Source of the DNA: Candidatus Krumholzibacteriia bacterium
GTDB lineage: Bacteria > Krumholzibacteriota > Krumholzibacteriia > G020349025
Direction: 5' to 3'
NCBI GenBank assembly: GCA_035649275.1
Contig: DASRJW010000049.1
Location: forward strand, 3,018-67,017
Length of the DNA stretch: 64,000 nucleotides
Shown: piece by piece, positions 31,325 through 41,167 of the stretch
How positions within the stretch are numbered: the stretch's first letter is position 1
Layout: every line of letters begins with the position of its first letter
Program-made: the position numbers and the translations under genes
Notes under the pieces: model-generated
Told to the model about the DNA's origin: nothing
Database searches by the model: none
Seen by the model: the letters and a program-made list of their open reading frames with translations, nothing else

Positions 31325-33705
31325 CCCCCGCCGCGCCTCCGGCTCCCGTCTTTCTTCCCTGTCCCCTCGATCCCGAGGGGCATGCGCGGCGCGTCCTCGA
31401 GTTCGACAAGCTCCTCGAGCGCTTCGTAGTGGAAGCGCAGAGCCCGGGCGGCGCCGACCGCTTGCGCCAGCTTCTCCCCGCCGTCCTGCCCGAGGAAGTG
31501 GAACGCCGCCAAGGGCTGCTCGGCGAGGTGCGCCGGGCCCTGGACGCCGGTCTGGAGAACTGGCCCCTGGCGGGCACCGGGGCTCTGCGGCCCTGGCTCA
31601 AGCAGTCGCGCCGGGCCGGCGCCAGGCTCGAAGCGCCCGAGCTCCTGCAGGTGGCGGAGACCCTGCGGGCGGCGCGGGCCATGCGCGCCTTCCTCGACGC
31701 CCACACGGCGGAGTTGCCCCAACTCCTCGCCGCGACCGCGGCGCTGCAGGCCCACCCGGCGCTCCTCGCTGCGATCGATGCCGCCATTCTCCCCACCGGC
31801 GAGCTTGCCGACGCCGCCTCGCCGGAGCTCGCGCGTCTCCGCCGGCAGCTCGGTGTGCAGCGCGAGGCGGTCCTGCAAGCGCTGGAGAAGCACCTGGCGC
31901 GCAGCCGCGGCGACGCCGAGGCCTATGTCACCGTGCGCGGCGAGCGCTTCGTCATCCCGGTGCGCGCCGACTCCGGCGGCGTGCGCGGCATCGTGCACGA
32001 TCGTTCCGCTACCGGAGCCACGCTCTTCGTCGAACCTCTCGATGTGGTGGAGGCGAACAACGAGCTGCAGGCGCTGCGGGATCGCGAAGCCCGCGAGGTG
32101 CTGCGCATCCTTGCCGATCTCACCGCCCGCCTGGGCCAGGAGAGTGACGCTGTGCTCGCGAGCCTGGAAGCGTTGGAACACCTCGATGCGTTGCACGCCG
32201 CGGCGCGCGTCGCCCGGAGCATGGAGGCGGCGGCACCGCGGCGTGGGGTCGCCTTGCGCCTGCGCGCCGCCCGGCATCCGCTGTTGCAAGCCCAACTGCG
32301 CCAGCGGGGCCGTGACGTCGTGCCCCTCGATCTCGACCTCGGTGGCGCCGGCGCTCTCGTCCTCACCGGTCCCAACACGGGCGGCAAGACGGTGGCGCTG
32401 AAAACGGTGGGGTTGCTCGTGCTCATGCATCAGTCGGGCTTGCAAGTGCCGGCGCACCCGGATTCGGAGCTTCCGGTCTTCGCGCGTCTCGTCGCCGACA
32501 TCGGCGACGAGCAGTCCATCGAGGCCGCCGAGAGCACCTTCAGCTCCCATCTGCGCCATGTGCGGCAGGCTCTCGAAGCGCCCGCGCACGGCTTGCTGGC
32601 GCTCCTCGACGAGTTCATGGCCGGGACCGATCCCGAAGAGGGGGCGGCACTGGCGATGGCCGTCCTCCGCCACCTGGTGGCGCAGCAAGCGACGACGCTG
32701 GTGACGACCCATCTCGGCGCCCTCAAGCTCTTCGCCCACACCGAGCCCGGCATCGCCAACGCCGCGATGGTGTTCGATGCGGCGCGCAGCACCCCACTCT
32801 TCCGCCTCGAACCGGGCGTGCCAGGGAGCAGCAACGCCCTGGCCACGGCCGAGCGCCTCGGTTTTCCTCCCGGCTTGGTGGCGGCGGCGCAGCGCGAGCG
32901 CGGCGCCGACTCGGCGCGTCTCGAGACCGTACTGCGCGCCCTCGAAGCCGAGCGCGCCGGGTTGGAAACGGCGCGCCGCGCCGCGGAGCAGGCGGAGGCA
33001 GAAGCGCGGCGGCTGCGCGAGGAGCTGGCGGTCGCCCTGGCCGAATTGGCGCAACGGCGCGCCAAGGATCTGGCGGCAGCACGCCGAGAGTTGCAAGCGC
33101 TCCTCGAGTCCGCGCGAGCGCAGGTAGAGAACACGATCCGCGACCTTCGCGCTTCGCCCGCGGGCCGTGACGACATCCGCACCGCCCGCGACGCCCTGCA
33201 GGAGCTCGCGGCGCGCTTGCCCGAGCCGGAGCCAGCGCCGGCGCCGCCGGCCGGGCCGTTGCAACCGGGCGATACGGTGTGGATCCGCCCCCTGGGCTCC
33301 GAGGGCCGCCTCGAGGAGCTGCTCGGCGATCGGGCGGTGGTGCGCTACGGTCCGGCCGCGGTCACCGTATCGCTGCAGGATCTCGAGCTCCGCCGCCGGG
33401 CGGCCGAGAAGCCGGCGGCGCCCGGGTGGGGCGGCTACGTCGTGCAGGAGGCGACGCAGGCGGCGGCACTGGAGCTCGACCTCCGCGGCTTCGAGCGTGC
33501 CGAGGCGGTGGCGGCTTTGGACCAGTTCCTCGACCGCGCGGTCCTGCAGGGCCTGCCCTCGGTCCGCATCGTGCATGGCAAGGGCACCGGTGTGCTCCGC
33601 CGCGCCGTGCAGGAGCATCTCGCCTCGCACCCCGCCGTGGCGGCGCACCGCTTGGGCGAGCACGGCGAGGGTGGCGCCGGTGTTACCATCGCGGAGCTGC
33701 ATTAG
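31321..33705 (+). CDS. mutS2: Endonuclease MutS2 (MutS domain plus C-terminal Smr domain); start codon unresolved
   Basis: VLEFDKLLERF N-terminal motif, Walker A GPNTGGKT, DE box LLDEFMAGTDP, Smr domain LDLRGFERAEAV...VRIVHGKGTGVLR. The only start-like codon upstream of the conserved N-terminus is a CTG at 31321 that overlaps the cvpA stop. Confidence 0.85.
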   Translation: MTPAAPPAPVFLPCPLDPEGHARRVLEFDKLLERFVVEAQSPGGADRLRQLLPAVLPEEVERRQGLLGEVRRALDAGLENWPLAGTGALRPWLKQSRRAGARLEAPELLQVAETLRAARAMRAFLDAHTAELPQLLAATAALQAHPALLAAIDAAILPTGELADAASPELARLRRQLGVQREAVLQALEKHLARSRGDAEAYVTVRGERFVIPVRADSGGVRGIVHDRSATGATLFVEPLDVVEANNELQALRDREAREVLRILADLTARLGQESDAVLASLEALEHLDALHAAARVARSMEAAAPRRGVALRLRAARHPLLQAQLRQRGRDVVPLDLDLGGAGALVLTGPNTGGKTVALKTVGLLVLMHQSGLQVPAHPDSELPVFARLVADIGDEQSIEAAESTFSSHLRHVRQALEAPAHGLLALLDEFMAGTDPEEGAALAMAVLRHLVAQQATTLVTTHLGALKLFAHTEPGIANAAMVFDAARSTPLFRLEPGVPGSSNALATAERLGFPPGLVAAAQRERGADSARLETVLRALEAERAGLETARRAAEQAEAEARRLREELAVALAELAQRRAKDLAAARRELQALLESARAQVENTIRDLRASPAGRDDIRTARDALQELAARLPEPEPAPAPPAGPLQPGDTVWIRPLGSEGRLEELLGDRAVVRYGPAAVTVSLQDLELRRRAAEKPAAPGWGGYVVQEATQAAALELDLRGFERAEAVAALDQFLDRAVLQGLPSVRIVHGKGTGVLRRAVQEHLASHPAVAAHRLGEHGEGGAGVTIAELH

Positions 33706-33793
33706 ATTCGGAACGATGGCAGCGCCGCGGACTTAGGAGGCGCTCGTCACGCCGTGCCGAGGGCCTGAGCGGCACCTCGAGACGAGAGGTTGC

Positions 33794-35581
33794 ATGCAAT
33801 CGCAGCGAGGACGGCTGGCCGCCGAGGTCATCGAGAATGTCCGCGCCGCCACGGACATCGTCGAGCTCATCGGACAGTTCGTGAACCTGAAGCGAGCGGG
33901 CAGCAGCTTCAAAGGTCTCTGCCCCTTCCACGGCGAGAAGACGCCGAGCTTCTTCGTCCGCCCGGACAAGCAGATGTACTACTGCTTCGGCTGCCAGCGC
34001 GGCGGCGACCCCTTCCGCTTCGTCATGGAGCACGACGGGGTGAGCTTCACGGAAGCGGTGCGTCTCTTGGGCCAGCGGGCTGGCATCACCGTCGAGGTGG
34101 GGGGCGAGAGCGAGGGGCAGGACGCCCTGTACGCCGTGGCGGAAGCGGCAGCGGGCTTCTTCGCCGCCACCCTGCGGGGCCCGCAAGGTGAACGGGCCCG
34201 GACCTACCTGCAGCAGCGCGGCCTCAGCCGCCAGAGCGCCGACCGTTTTCGCCTGGGGGCGGCGCCCGCCGCCTGGGACGGCCTGGGGCAGGCGCTACGG
34301 GCCGAGGGCTTCGGCGAGGACAAGCTCCTGCAACTCGGCCTGGTGACCCGCCGCCGCCAGGGGGACGGCGTCTTCGACACCCTCCGCGACCGGCTCGTCT
34401 TCCCGATCCACTCGCTCTCCGGCCGGGTGGTGGGCTTCGGGGGCAGGCTCCTGCCCGGGCCCGAAGCCGGGGACGCCCCCAAGTACCTGAACTCGCCGGA
34501 CTCGCCCATCTACCACAAGGGCAAGGTCCTCTACGGCCTGGCGGAGGCCCGGGCCGCCATTCGGCGGGCCGATTCGGCAATCATCACCGAGGGTTACATG
34601 GATTTCCTGAGCCTCTTCCAGGCCGGGATCGAACACGTGGTGGCCGCCTGCGGCACCGCCTTCGGCGCCGCCCAGGCGGCTCTCTTGCATCGCTATACCC
34701 ATCGGGCTTATATACTTGGAGACAGCGACCCAGCGGGTCGTCGGGCAGCGGTGCGCGCAGCGGGCCTCCTCCTCGAGCACGGGTTCTTGGTGCATATCGT
34801 CGAGCTCCCTTCGGGGTACGACCCCGACTCGTTCGTGCGCGAGCACGGCGCGGCGGCGATGGCCACGCGCGTGCGCGAGGCCCCCGGCTACGTCACCTAC
34901 ATGAAGCTGCTCGTCGATCGTCGGGCCGGCGAGCTGGCAGTGAAAGAGCGGGTGGCGCGGCATCTCCTCGCCGATTTGGGCCGGGTGAGTGATCCGCTCT
35001 TGCAGGAGCTGTATTCGAAAGAGCTGTCCCGCACCTTCGGTCTCTCCGAGTCGACGGTGTCGGCGGCTCTGGAGAAGGGGAAGAAGAGAGCCGGTGGGGC
35101 GCTGATCGCGACGCCGGAGCCGCCGGAAGCGCCGGCAGACGCGACGACGGCCGCAGTCCAGGAAGCGCGGCAAGGGTCGCTGCGCCTGGCGCTGTCGAGC
35201 CGGGAATGGGCGGCGCGGTTGCTCGCGGCTCTCGAGCCGGCGGATTTCGGCGCCGGGCCGGAAGGCCGGCTGTGCGCGGCGCTGCAAGCCGCCGGCGCCG
35301 ACGGAGTGTGGCGCGAGCAACTGACCTCGAGCACCGACGAGGCGCTCGGCACCCGGCTGGAGTTCGAGGGCGCGCCGCGGGGCGAGCCCGAGCAGTTGTT
35401 CCGAGATTATCGGGCCACGTTGCTCGAGGCCCGTCTCGAAAAGACCGGACTGGAGTTGCGCCGCCGCCTGGTCGAGGCGGAGAAGAGCGGCGATCACGAG
35501 ACCACGGCGCGCCTGCTGGCAGAGCAGCAGGCGCTGGCCCGCGACCGCAGGGAGCTGCGTCGCCCTCCTTCCGTTTCCTGA
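33794..35581 (+). CDS. dnaG: DNA primase DnaG
   Basis: Zinc finger [13 protein letters not shown]...[17 protein letters not shown] region [13 protein letters not shown]...[11 protein letters not shown]. 595 aa. Confidence 0.92.
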   Translation: MQSQRGRLAAEVIENVRAATDIVELIGQFVNLKRAGSSFKGLCPFHGEKTPSFFVRPDKQMYYCFGCQRGGDPFRFVMEHDGVSFTEAVRLLGQRAGITVEVGGESEGQDALYAVAEAAAGFFAATLRGPQGERARTYLQQRGLSRQSADRFRLGAAPAAWDGLGQALRAEGFGEDKLLQLGLVTRRRQGDGVFDTLRDRLVFPIHSLSGRVVGFGGRLLPGPEAGDAPKYLNSPDSPIYHKGKVLYGLAEARAAIRRADSAIITEGYMDFLSLFQAGIEHVVAACGTAFGAAQAALLHRYTHRAYILGDSDPAGRRAAVRAAGLLLEHGFLVHIVELPSGYDPDSFVREHGAAAMATRVREAPGYVTYMKLLVDRRAGELAVKERVARHLLADLGRVSDPLLQELYSKELSRTFGLSESTVSAALEKGKKRAGGALIATPEPPEAPADATTAAVQEARQGSLRLALSSREWAARLLAALEPADFGAGPEGRLCAALQAAGADGVWREQLTSSTDEALGTRLEFEGAPRGEPEQLFRDYRATLLEARLEKTGLELRRRLVEAEKSGDHETTARLLAEQQALARDRRELRRPPSVS

Positions 35582-35597
35582 TTCCAGGGAGAGTGCA

Positions 35598-37439
35598 TTG
35601 ACCACGCGCAGAGCAAGCGAACCGAAGACGGAACGCGAGGCGAAGCCCGAGCGGGCCGCGAAGGGCGGGAAGAAGTCGGAGCGCAAGGTCGAGACCATCC
35701 TCGATCCGAAGCTCTCGAAGATCGTCGGTGAGCTGCGGCGGCGACACAACGACCGCGGCTACGTCCTCCACGACGACATCAACGAGTTGCTGGAAGACGA
35801 CTTCGACCTGGAGAACCTCGATTCCATCTACACCGAGCTGACGCGGCTTTCGATCAACTTCTACGATACCGAAGAAGTCGCGCGCGAGAAGATGAAGCTC
35901 CAGGACCGGCGCAAGGAGCGCCAGAAGAAGGAACAGCAGGTCCGGGCGACGATCCGCTACGACGACCCCATCCGCATGTACCTGCGCGAGATGGGCCGCG
36001 TCCCCCTCCTCGACCGGCAGGGGGAAATCGACATCGCCAAGCGCATCGAGAGCGGCCAGCACCAGGTGCTGGAAACGGTGTTCTCCACCGCGGCGTCGCT
36101 CCGCAAGCTGCGGGAGCTGGTGAAGTCCCTGGAGAACCAGGAGCTGCGCCTCGACGAGTTCTTGCAGCTGGAGATCCGCAACGCCACCACGCCCGGCTCC
36201 ATCCGCAAGGAGGTCACGCGCCTCAACCGCCAGGCCAAGAGCATCGAGACGCTGCGCGGCGAGATCGGCGAGCTCCGCGCCAAAGTGGGAACGCGGGAGT
36301 ACGAGGAAAAGAAGAAGCTGGTGGACAAGCAGGTCGTGCTCCGCGTCGACAAGTTGAAGAAGGAGATCCACGGCCTCAAGCTGCACCCCAACCAGGTGGA
36401 TGCGCTGGTGCAGAACCTGCGGGACATCCAGCGGACCTACGAGGCGGTGGAGCGCGACGTCCGCCTCCTGGAGGGCGAATACGGTCTCGGGGTGGAGCAG
36501 ATGCAGGAAGCCCTGAACGAGATGCGCCGGCGCAACACCCGCTCCTACAAGTTCCAGAACCGCATGTACGGCAAGGAAGTGTTGCAAGGCTACCGCAAGC
36601 GGGTGCTCGAGTGCCGCAAGGGCCTGGAGGTCCTGGAGGCGGCGCAGGAAGTCACGGCGCCGCGCCTGCGCGAGCTGCTCCGGGACATCGAGATCGGCAC
36701 GGCGCGGGTGCAGCAGGCCAAGAAGGAGATGATCGAGGCCAACGTACGTCTGGTCATCTCCATCGCCAAGCGCTACACCAACCGCGGTCTCGAATTCCTG
36801 GACCTGATCCAGGAAGGCAACTCCGGCCTCATGCGGGCGGTGGACAAGTTCGACTACCGCAAGGGCTACAAGTTCTCCACCTACGCCACCTGGTGGATCC
36901 GCCAGGCCATCACCCGTGCCATCGCCGATCAGGCGCGCACCATCCGCGTCCCGGTGCACATGATCGAGGCGATCAACAAGGTGTCCCGGGCCTCGCGGGC
37001 GCTGGTGCAGGAGTACGGCAGAGAACCTACCGCCGAAGAGGTGGCGCGCAAGCTGCAAATGCCCGTGGACAAAGTGAAGGCAGTGATGAAGGCGAGCCTG
37101 GAGCCCATCTCCCTCGACCGTCCCATCGGCGAGGACGAGGACTCCAACCTGGGCGACTTCATCGAGGACACCTCGGCGGATTCACCGGCCCAATCGGCGG
37201 CGCACGCCATGCTCTCCGACCAGATGTCGAAGGTGCTGTCGACGCTGACCCGGCGCGAGGAGAAAGTGATCCGCCTGCGCTTCGGTCTCGGGGACGGCAC
37301 GCCGCGCACTCTGGAAGAGGTGGGTTCGATCTTCCAGGTCACCCGCGAGCGCGTGCGGCAGATCGAAGCGAAGGCGCTGCGCAAGCTCATGCACCCGAGC
37401 CGGGCCCGCAAGCTCAAGGGCTACACCGACGTGGTGTGA
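35598..37439 (+). CDS. rpoD: RNA polymerase primary sigma factor (sigma-70, RpoD)
   Basis: [11 protein letters not shown] (region 1.2), long non-conserved region, [60 protein letters not shown], region 4.2 [27 protein letters not shown] start as given in the ORF track. Confidence 0.93.
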   Translation: MTTRRASEPKTEREAKPERAAKGGKKSERKVETILDPKLSKIVGELRRRHNDRGYVLHDDINELLEDDFDLENLDSIYTELTRLSINFYDTEEVAREKMKLQDRRKERQKKEQQVRATIRYDDPIRMYLREMGRVPLLDRQGEIDIAKRIESGQHQVLETVFSTAASLRKLRELVKSLENQELRLDEFLQLEIRNATTPGSIRKEVTRLNRQAKSIETLRGEIGELRAKVGTREYEEKKKLVDKQVVLRVDKLKKEIHGLKLHPNQVDALVQNLRDIQRTYEAVERDVRLLEGEYGLGVEQMQEALNEMRRRNTRSYKFQNRMYGKEVLQGYRKRVLECRKGLEVLEAAQEVTAPRLRELLRDIEIGTARVQQAKKEMIEANVRLVISIAKRYTNRGLEFLDLIQEGNSGLMRAVDKFDYRKGYKFSTYATWWIRQAITRAIADQARTIRVPVHMIEAINKVSRASRALVQEYGREPTAEEVARKLQMPVDKVKAVMKASLEPISLDRPIGEDEDSNLGDFIEDTSADSPAQSAAHAMLSDQMSKVLSTLTRREEKVIRLRFGLGDGTPRTLEEVGSIFQVTRERVRQIEAKALRKLMHPSRARKLKGYTDVV

Positions 37440-37495
37440 TGGGCTGGCCCCTCGCGCGCGGCCTGTGCTAGGCTGCGGCGGCGCCTGACGGTGGC

Positions 37496-37571
37496 GGGCC
37501 CATAGCACAACGGGTAGTGCAACCCGCTCATAACGGGCAGGTTCCAGGTTCGAGTCCTGGTGGGCCCACCA
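37496..37571 (+). tRNA. tRNA with CAT anticodon (elongator tRNA-Met, or tRNA-Ile2 if lysidine-modified)
   Basis: Acceptor GGGCCCA/TGGGCCC (position 1:72 paired, so not an initiator), anticodon loop CTCATAA, T arm CCAGG-TTCGAGT-CCTGG, CCA. Confidence 0.85.
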
Positions 37572-37595
37572 GGACGACTGGGGCGCGGATTCCGC

Positions 37596-37672
37596 GGGCG
37601 AATAGCTCAGCTGGACAGAGCGCTCGCCTCACACGCGAGAGGTCACAGGTTCAAATCCTGTTTCGCCCACCA
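37596..37672 (+). tRNA. tRNA-Val (anticodon CAC)
   Basis: Acceptor GGGCGAA/TTCGCCC, anticodon stem CTCGC/GCGAG with loop CTCACAC, T arm ACAGG-TTCAAAT-CCTGT, CCA. Confidence 0.9.
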
Positions 37673-37678
37673 GCTCAG

Positions 37679-37709
37679 GGCCCGATTCTCCGGATCGGGC
37701 CTTTCCTCT
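37679..37709 (+). terminator. Rho-independent-type terminator after tRNA-Val
   Basis: Stem GGCCCGAT / ATCGGGCC (8 bp), 7-nt loop TCTCCGG, followed by TTTCCTCT. Confidence 0.6.
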
Positions 37710-37729
37710 GACGGTCTTGAGGAGGGGCA

Positions 37730-38455
37730 GTGAGCGCGCCGAACGTGCTCGTCGAGCTGGCCCGCGAGGACGCCAAGCTGTACCAGCTGCGGCAGCAGAT
37801 CGCTTCCTTGCCGCGGCGCCTGCAAGAACTGGAAGAGAAGCGCACCGGCCTGGAGCGGCAGCTGCAGGAGACCGAGGCCGTCTTCCGGCGCACGGAAGGC
37901 GAGCGGCGCAAGCTGGAGATGGAGCTGCAGGAGCTGCGGCAGAAGCGGGCCCGCAGCGAATCCCGCCAATCCGCGCTCACCAGCACCGAAGCGTACCAGG
38001 CCTTGGTGCGGGAGATGCAGCAGCAGGACAGCCGCATCGACGCCCTCGAATCCTCCTTGCTCGAAGCCATGGACCGGAGCACCCAGGCAGCGGCGCGGCG
38101 GGAGGCGGAGAAAGCGCGACTGGAAGCGGAGACGCTGCGGCTGGACGGCGTGCGGCGGCAGCTCGAGAGCGACTTGGCTTCGGCGCAGGCGGGGGTCGCA
38201 GCGCAGCAGCGTTTGCGTGACGGTTTGATCGGCGCTTTGGAGCCGAAGACACGCGCTCTCTACGAGCGCGTTCTGCGCGCCAAGGGGGACGCGGCCATCG
38301 CTCTGGTCGGCGAGCGCAAGTGCGGCATCTGCGCCGCCTTGCAACCGCCGCAGCTGTTGCAGGAGCTGCGCGGCGGTAGCGCCGCGAATCTCCGCACCTG
38401 CCAGAGCTGCGGGCGCATCCTCGTCTGGGATCCCGGCGTGCAGTCGCCCTCATGA
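37730..38455 (+). CDS. Coiled-coil protein with a C-terminal C4 zinc ribbon (COG1579/DUF164 type)
   Basis: Long heptad-rich region (LQELEEKR..LERQLQE..) followed by CGIC...(26 aa)...CQSCGRIL. GTG start after GAGGAGGGG. Confidence 0.7.
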   Translation: MSAPNVLVELAREDAKLYQLRQQIASLPRRLQELEEKRTGLERQLQETEAVFRRTEGERRKLEMELQELRQKRARSESRQSALTSTEAYQALVREMQQQDSRIDALESSLLEAMDRSTQAAARREAEKARLEAETLRLDGVRRQLESDLASAQAGVAAQQRLRDGLIGALEPKTRALYERVLRAKGDAAIALVGERKCGICAALQPPQLLQELRGGSAANLRTCQSCGRILVWDPGVQSPS

Positions 38456-38925
38456 GGCCCGCGGACAGCCAGCCCTCCCACCTCGGGCTCGACGAGTTCG
38501 TCCTCCAGTGCGACGGCGCTTCCCGCGGCAACCCCGGCCGCGCCGCCATCGGTTTCGTCCTCCTCGATGCGCAGGGCGAGGAGATCCTGGCGCATGGCGA
38601 GGTTCTGGGCGAAGGCATCACCAACAATGTGGCGGAGTACACCGCGCTGCTGCGCGGCCTCGAGGCCGCGGCGGCCCGCGGCGTGCGGCGCTTGCGCGCG
38701 CGACTGGACAGCGAGCTCGTGGTGCGTCAGGTGCGCGGCGAGTATCGTGTCCGCCATGCGGGACTGCAGGCGTTGCACCTCCTGGTGCGCGCGCGGCTTT
38801 CCGACTTCGCCAGCTTCCACATCGAGCACGTCCCGCGCGCGGCGAACCGCCGGGCCGACGCCCTTGCCAATGCAGCGCTGGACGCCCTAGACTCGCCCCG
38901 CAGACAGGAGAAACCGGCGACGTAG
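38452..38925 (+). CDS. Ribonuclease HI family protein
   Basis: DGASRGNPGRAAIGFVL (catalytic Asp), NNVAEYTALLRGLE (Glu), DSELVVRQ (Asp), ANRRADALAN (C-terminal Asp). ATGA overlap with the upstream gene. Confidence 0.8.
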   Translation: MRPADSQPSHLGLDEFVLQCDGASRGNPGRAAIGFVLLDAQGEEILAHGEVLGEGITNNVAEYTALLRGLEAAAARGVRRLRARLDSELVVRQVRGEYRVRHAGLQALHLLVRARLSDFASFHIEHVPRAANRRADALANAALDALDSPRRQEKPAT

Positions 38926-38953
38926 GAGAAGCGGCTCCGGTCGCAGCAGGTGT

Positions 38954-39342
38954 CTCCGGGAAACGAAGTCGCTCAGGTGGCCGCGGGCCCAGAGGGGTCC
39001 GAGGAAAGTCCGAGCTCCGCAGGGCAGGGTGCTGGGTAACGCCCAGGGGAAGCGATTCCACGGCAAGTGCCACAGAAAACAAACCGCCTCGGTGCCCGCA
39101 AGGGCGCTGCGGTAAGGGTGAAACGGTGAGGTAAGAGCTCACCAGCATCTCCGGTGACGGAGATGGCTCGGTAAACCCCACCCGGAGCAAGACCAAATAG
39201 GAGGGGACGAGGTGGCCCGCCTCGCTCGACCCTCGGGTCGGTCGCTCGAGGGCCGCGGTAACGCGGCTCCCAGATAAATGGTCACCACCCGCGCTCACGC
39301 GCGGGAACAGAACTCGGCTTACGAGCGACTTCGTTCCCGGAG
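38954..39342 (+). ncRNA. rnpB: RNase P RNA, bacterial type A
   Basis: P1 pairing CTCCGGGAAACGAAGTCGCTC / GAGCGACTTCGTTCCCGGAG. Universally conserved blocks GAGGAAAGTCCGAGCTCC (39001-39018), AGTGCCACAGAAAACAAACCGCC, GGTAAGGGTGAAACGGTG, GGTAAGAGCTCACC, GGTAAACCCCACCCGGAGCAAGACCAAATAGG, ACAGAACTCGGCTTA. Confidence 0.93.
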
Positions 39343-39394
39343 CTCCCGCCCCGACCGCGGTGCTTTCGAGCTCCCGTCCAGGAGGTGGGGGTTG

Positions 39395-41167
39395 GTGCAA
39401 CCACGCAGCCGGTGGATCCTGCCGCCCGCCGACGCCGCCCTCGACGCGGACGCTGCGCTTCTCGCCCGCGACTTGCAGCTGCACCCGGTGCTCGCCCGCG
39501 TGCTCTGCCGCCGCGGCCATCGTGATCGCGCCGCTGCCACGCGCCTGCTGCAGCCGCACCTCGACGATCTCCTCGATCCGCTGCTCATGACCGACATGGA
39601 CCGGGCGAGCGAGCGCTTGGCCCGGGCGCTGCAAGCGGGCGAGCACATCGTCATCAGCGGCGATTACGACACCGATGGCATCACCGGCACGGCGCTCCTC
39701 GTCTCGGAGTTGCGCCGCCTGCAAGGACGCGTGGATTTCTTCATTCCCGATCGCGAGCGCGACGGCTACGGCATGACGCCGCGGCTGGTGCAGCGTGCCG
39801 GCGAAGTCGGCGTGCGGGTGCTGATCTCGGTGGACTGCGGCTCCTCCGAGCACGAGACCATCGCTCTCGCCCAGAGCCTGGGCATCGACGTGATCGTGGT
39901 GGACCACCACGAGATCCCACGCCGGCCCGCCGCGGCGCTCGCGGTGCTCAATCCGAAGCGCGCCGACTGCGCCTATCCTTTCAAGGGACTCTCCGCCGTG
40001 GGCGTGGCTTACAAACTCCTGCAGGCGGTGTGCATGCGTTTGTTGGCGCAGCGAACCCCCGAGGATGGCCTCGATCTCGTGGCGCTCGGCACCATGGGCG
40101 ATGTGCAACCGCTGCTGCAGGAGAATCGCGTCCTCACCAAGCTCGGACTCGATCGCCTGCGCAGCGGCCAGGTGCGCCTCGGCATGCGCGCTCTCTTCGG
40201 CACCGCCGGGGTGCGCGAGGTGGAGGTGAAGAGCCGCCCGGTGGGTTTCCGCCTGGTGCCGCGGCTCAACGCCGCCGGCCGCGTGGCGCGGGGCAAGCTG
40301 GCGGTGGACCTTCTGCTCGCCACCGAGGAGGAGACGGCGCGCCGGCTGGCGCTGGAGCTCGAGACACAGAACGAGCGGCGGCGGCGGCTCACCGAGCAGG
40401 TGGAGGCGGAAGCGCGCGAGCAGGCGGCGGCGCTGTGGCAGCGCGCGCCTCGCCCGGCCCTAGTGCTCCTCTCGCAGACCTGGCACCCTGGTGTGGTGGG
40501 CATCGCTGCGGCGCGGCTCGCCGAGGAGTACGGCGTCCCGGCGGTGCTGATCGGCGTGCAGAATGGGGTGGGAAAGGGCTCCATCCGCACCAGCGGCGGG
40601 GTCAACGTCCGTGCCGCCCTGGACGCGGCGGCCGCCGAGCTCGTCCGTTTCGGGGGCCACAAGGAGGCCTGCGGCCTCACCCTGGAGCCAGGGCGCTTCG
40701 AGGCCTTCCGCGGCCTCTTCGAGGACGCCGTGGCCCAGCAGCAGGGAGAGGCCCAGGGCCGGGTCTTGGCCGTGGACGCGGAAATTGCCCCGGCCGACGT
40801 GGCGGTGGAGCTCGCCGACGCGCTCGAGCTCCTGGAGCCTTTCGGTCCGGGCAATCCTGAGCCATTCTTGCTGGTACGGGATGTGCGCGTCCGCGAGCGC
40901 ACTCGGCTCGTGGGAGGCAGCCACCTGAAGCTCGACCTGGAGCTGGCGGACGGCAGCCCCCTGGACGGCATCGCCTTCCGCTGGGGCCGGGAGATCAGCC
41001 CGGCGGAGGTGGTGGGCCGCCACCTGGACGTGGTCGGGCAGCTGCGGCGCCAGGATCCCCGCTGGGGGCAGGCCTGCCAGCTGGTGGTGGCGGACCTGCG
41101 GGAAGCGGAAGCGAGCAATATCGCGGTAGCAGGCGCCGGGGAACCGGCGCGGAACGAGTCGTCATGA
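39395..41167 (+). CDS. recJ: Single-stranded-DNA-specific exonuclease RecJ
   Basis: DHH-family motifs ISGDYDTDGITG, ISVDCG, VVDHHE. DHHA1 motif GGHKEACG. The ORF-track start at 39278 lies inside rnpB. GTG at 39395 or TTG at 39392 follows GGAGG. Confidence 0.88.
   Translation: MQPRSRWILPPADAALDADAALLARDLQLHPVLARVLCRRGHRDRAAATRLLQPHLDDLLDPLLMTDMDRASERLARALQAGEHIVISGDYDTDGITGTALLVSELRRLQGRVDFFIPDRERDGYGMTPRLVQRAGEVGVRVLISVDCGSSEHETIALAQSLGIDVIVVDHHEIPRRPAAALAVLNPKRADCAYPFKGLSAVGVAYKLLQAVCMRLLAQRTPEDGLDLVALGTMGDVQPLLQENRVLTKLGLDRLRSGQVRLGMRALFGTAGVREVEVKSRPVGFRLVPRLNAAGRVARGKLAVDLLLATEEETARRLALELETQNERRRRLTEQVEAEAREQAAALWQRAPRPALVLLSQTWHPGVVGIAAARLAEEYGVPAVLIGVQNGVGKGSIRTSGGVNVRAALDAAAAELVRFGGHKEACGLTLEPGRFEAFRGLFEDAVAQQQGEAQGRVLAVDAEIAPADVAVELADALELLEPFGPGNPEPFLLVRDVRVRERTRLVGGSHLKLDLELADGSPLDGIAFRWGREISPAEVVGRHLDVVGQLRRQDPRWGQACQLVVADLREAEASNIAVAGAGEPARNESS

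Noticed and set aside
37496-37571. CAT-anticodon tRNA as an initiator tRNA-fMet
   Set aside because: Position 1:72 is a G:C pair, and the anticodon stem lacks the GGG/CCC orientation typical of initiators. It is therefore an elongator tRNA-Met or tRNA-Ile2.
39278-39394. ORF-track start of recJ at 39278
   Set aside because: It would place the first ~20 codons inside the conserved 3' part of rnpB. A GGAGG followed by TTG/GTG at 39392/39395 gives a RecJ of normal length.
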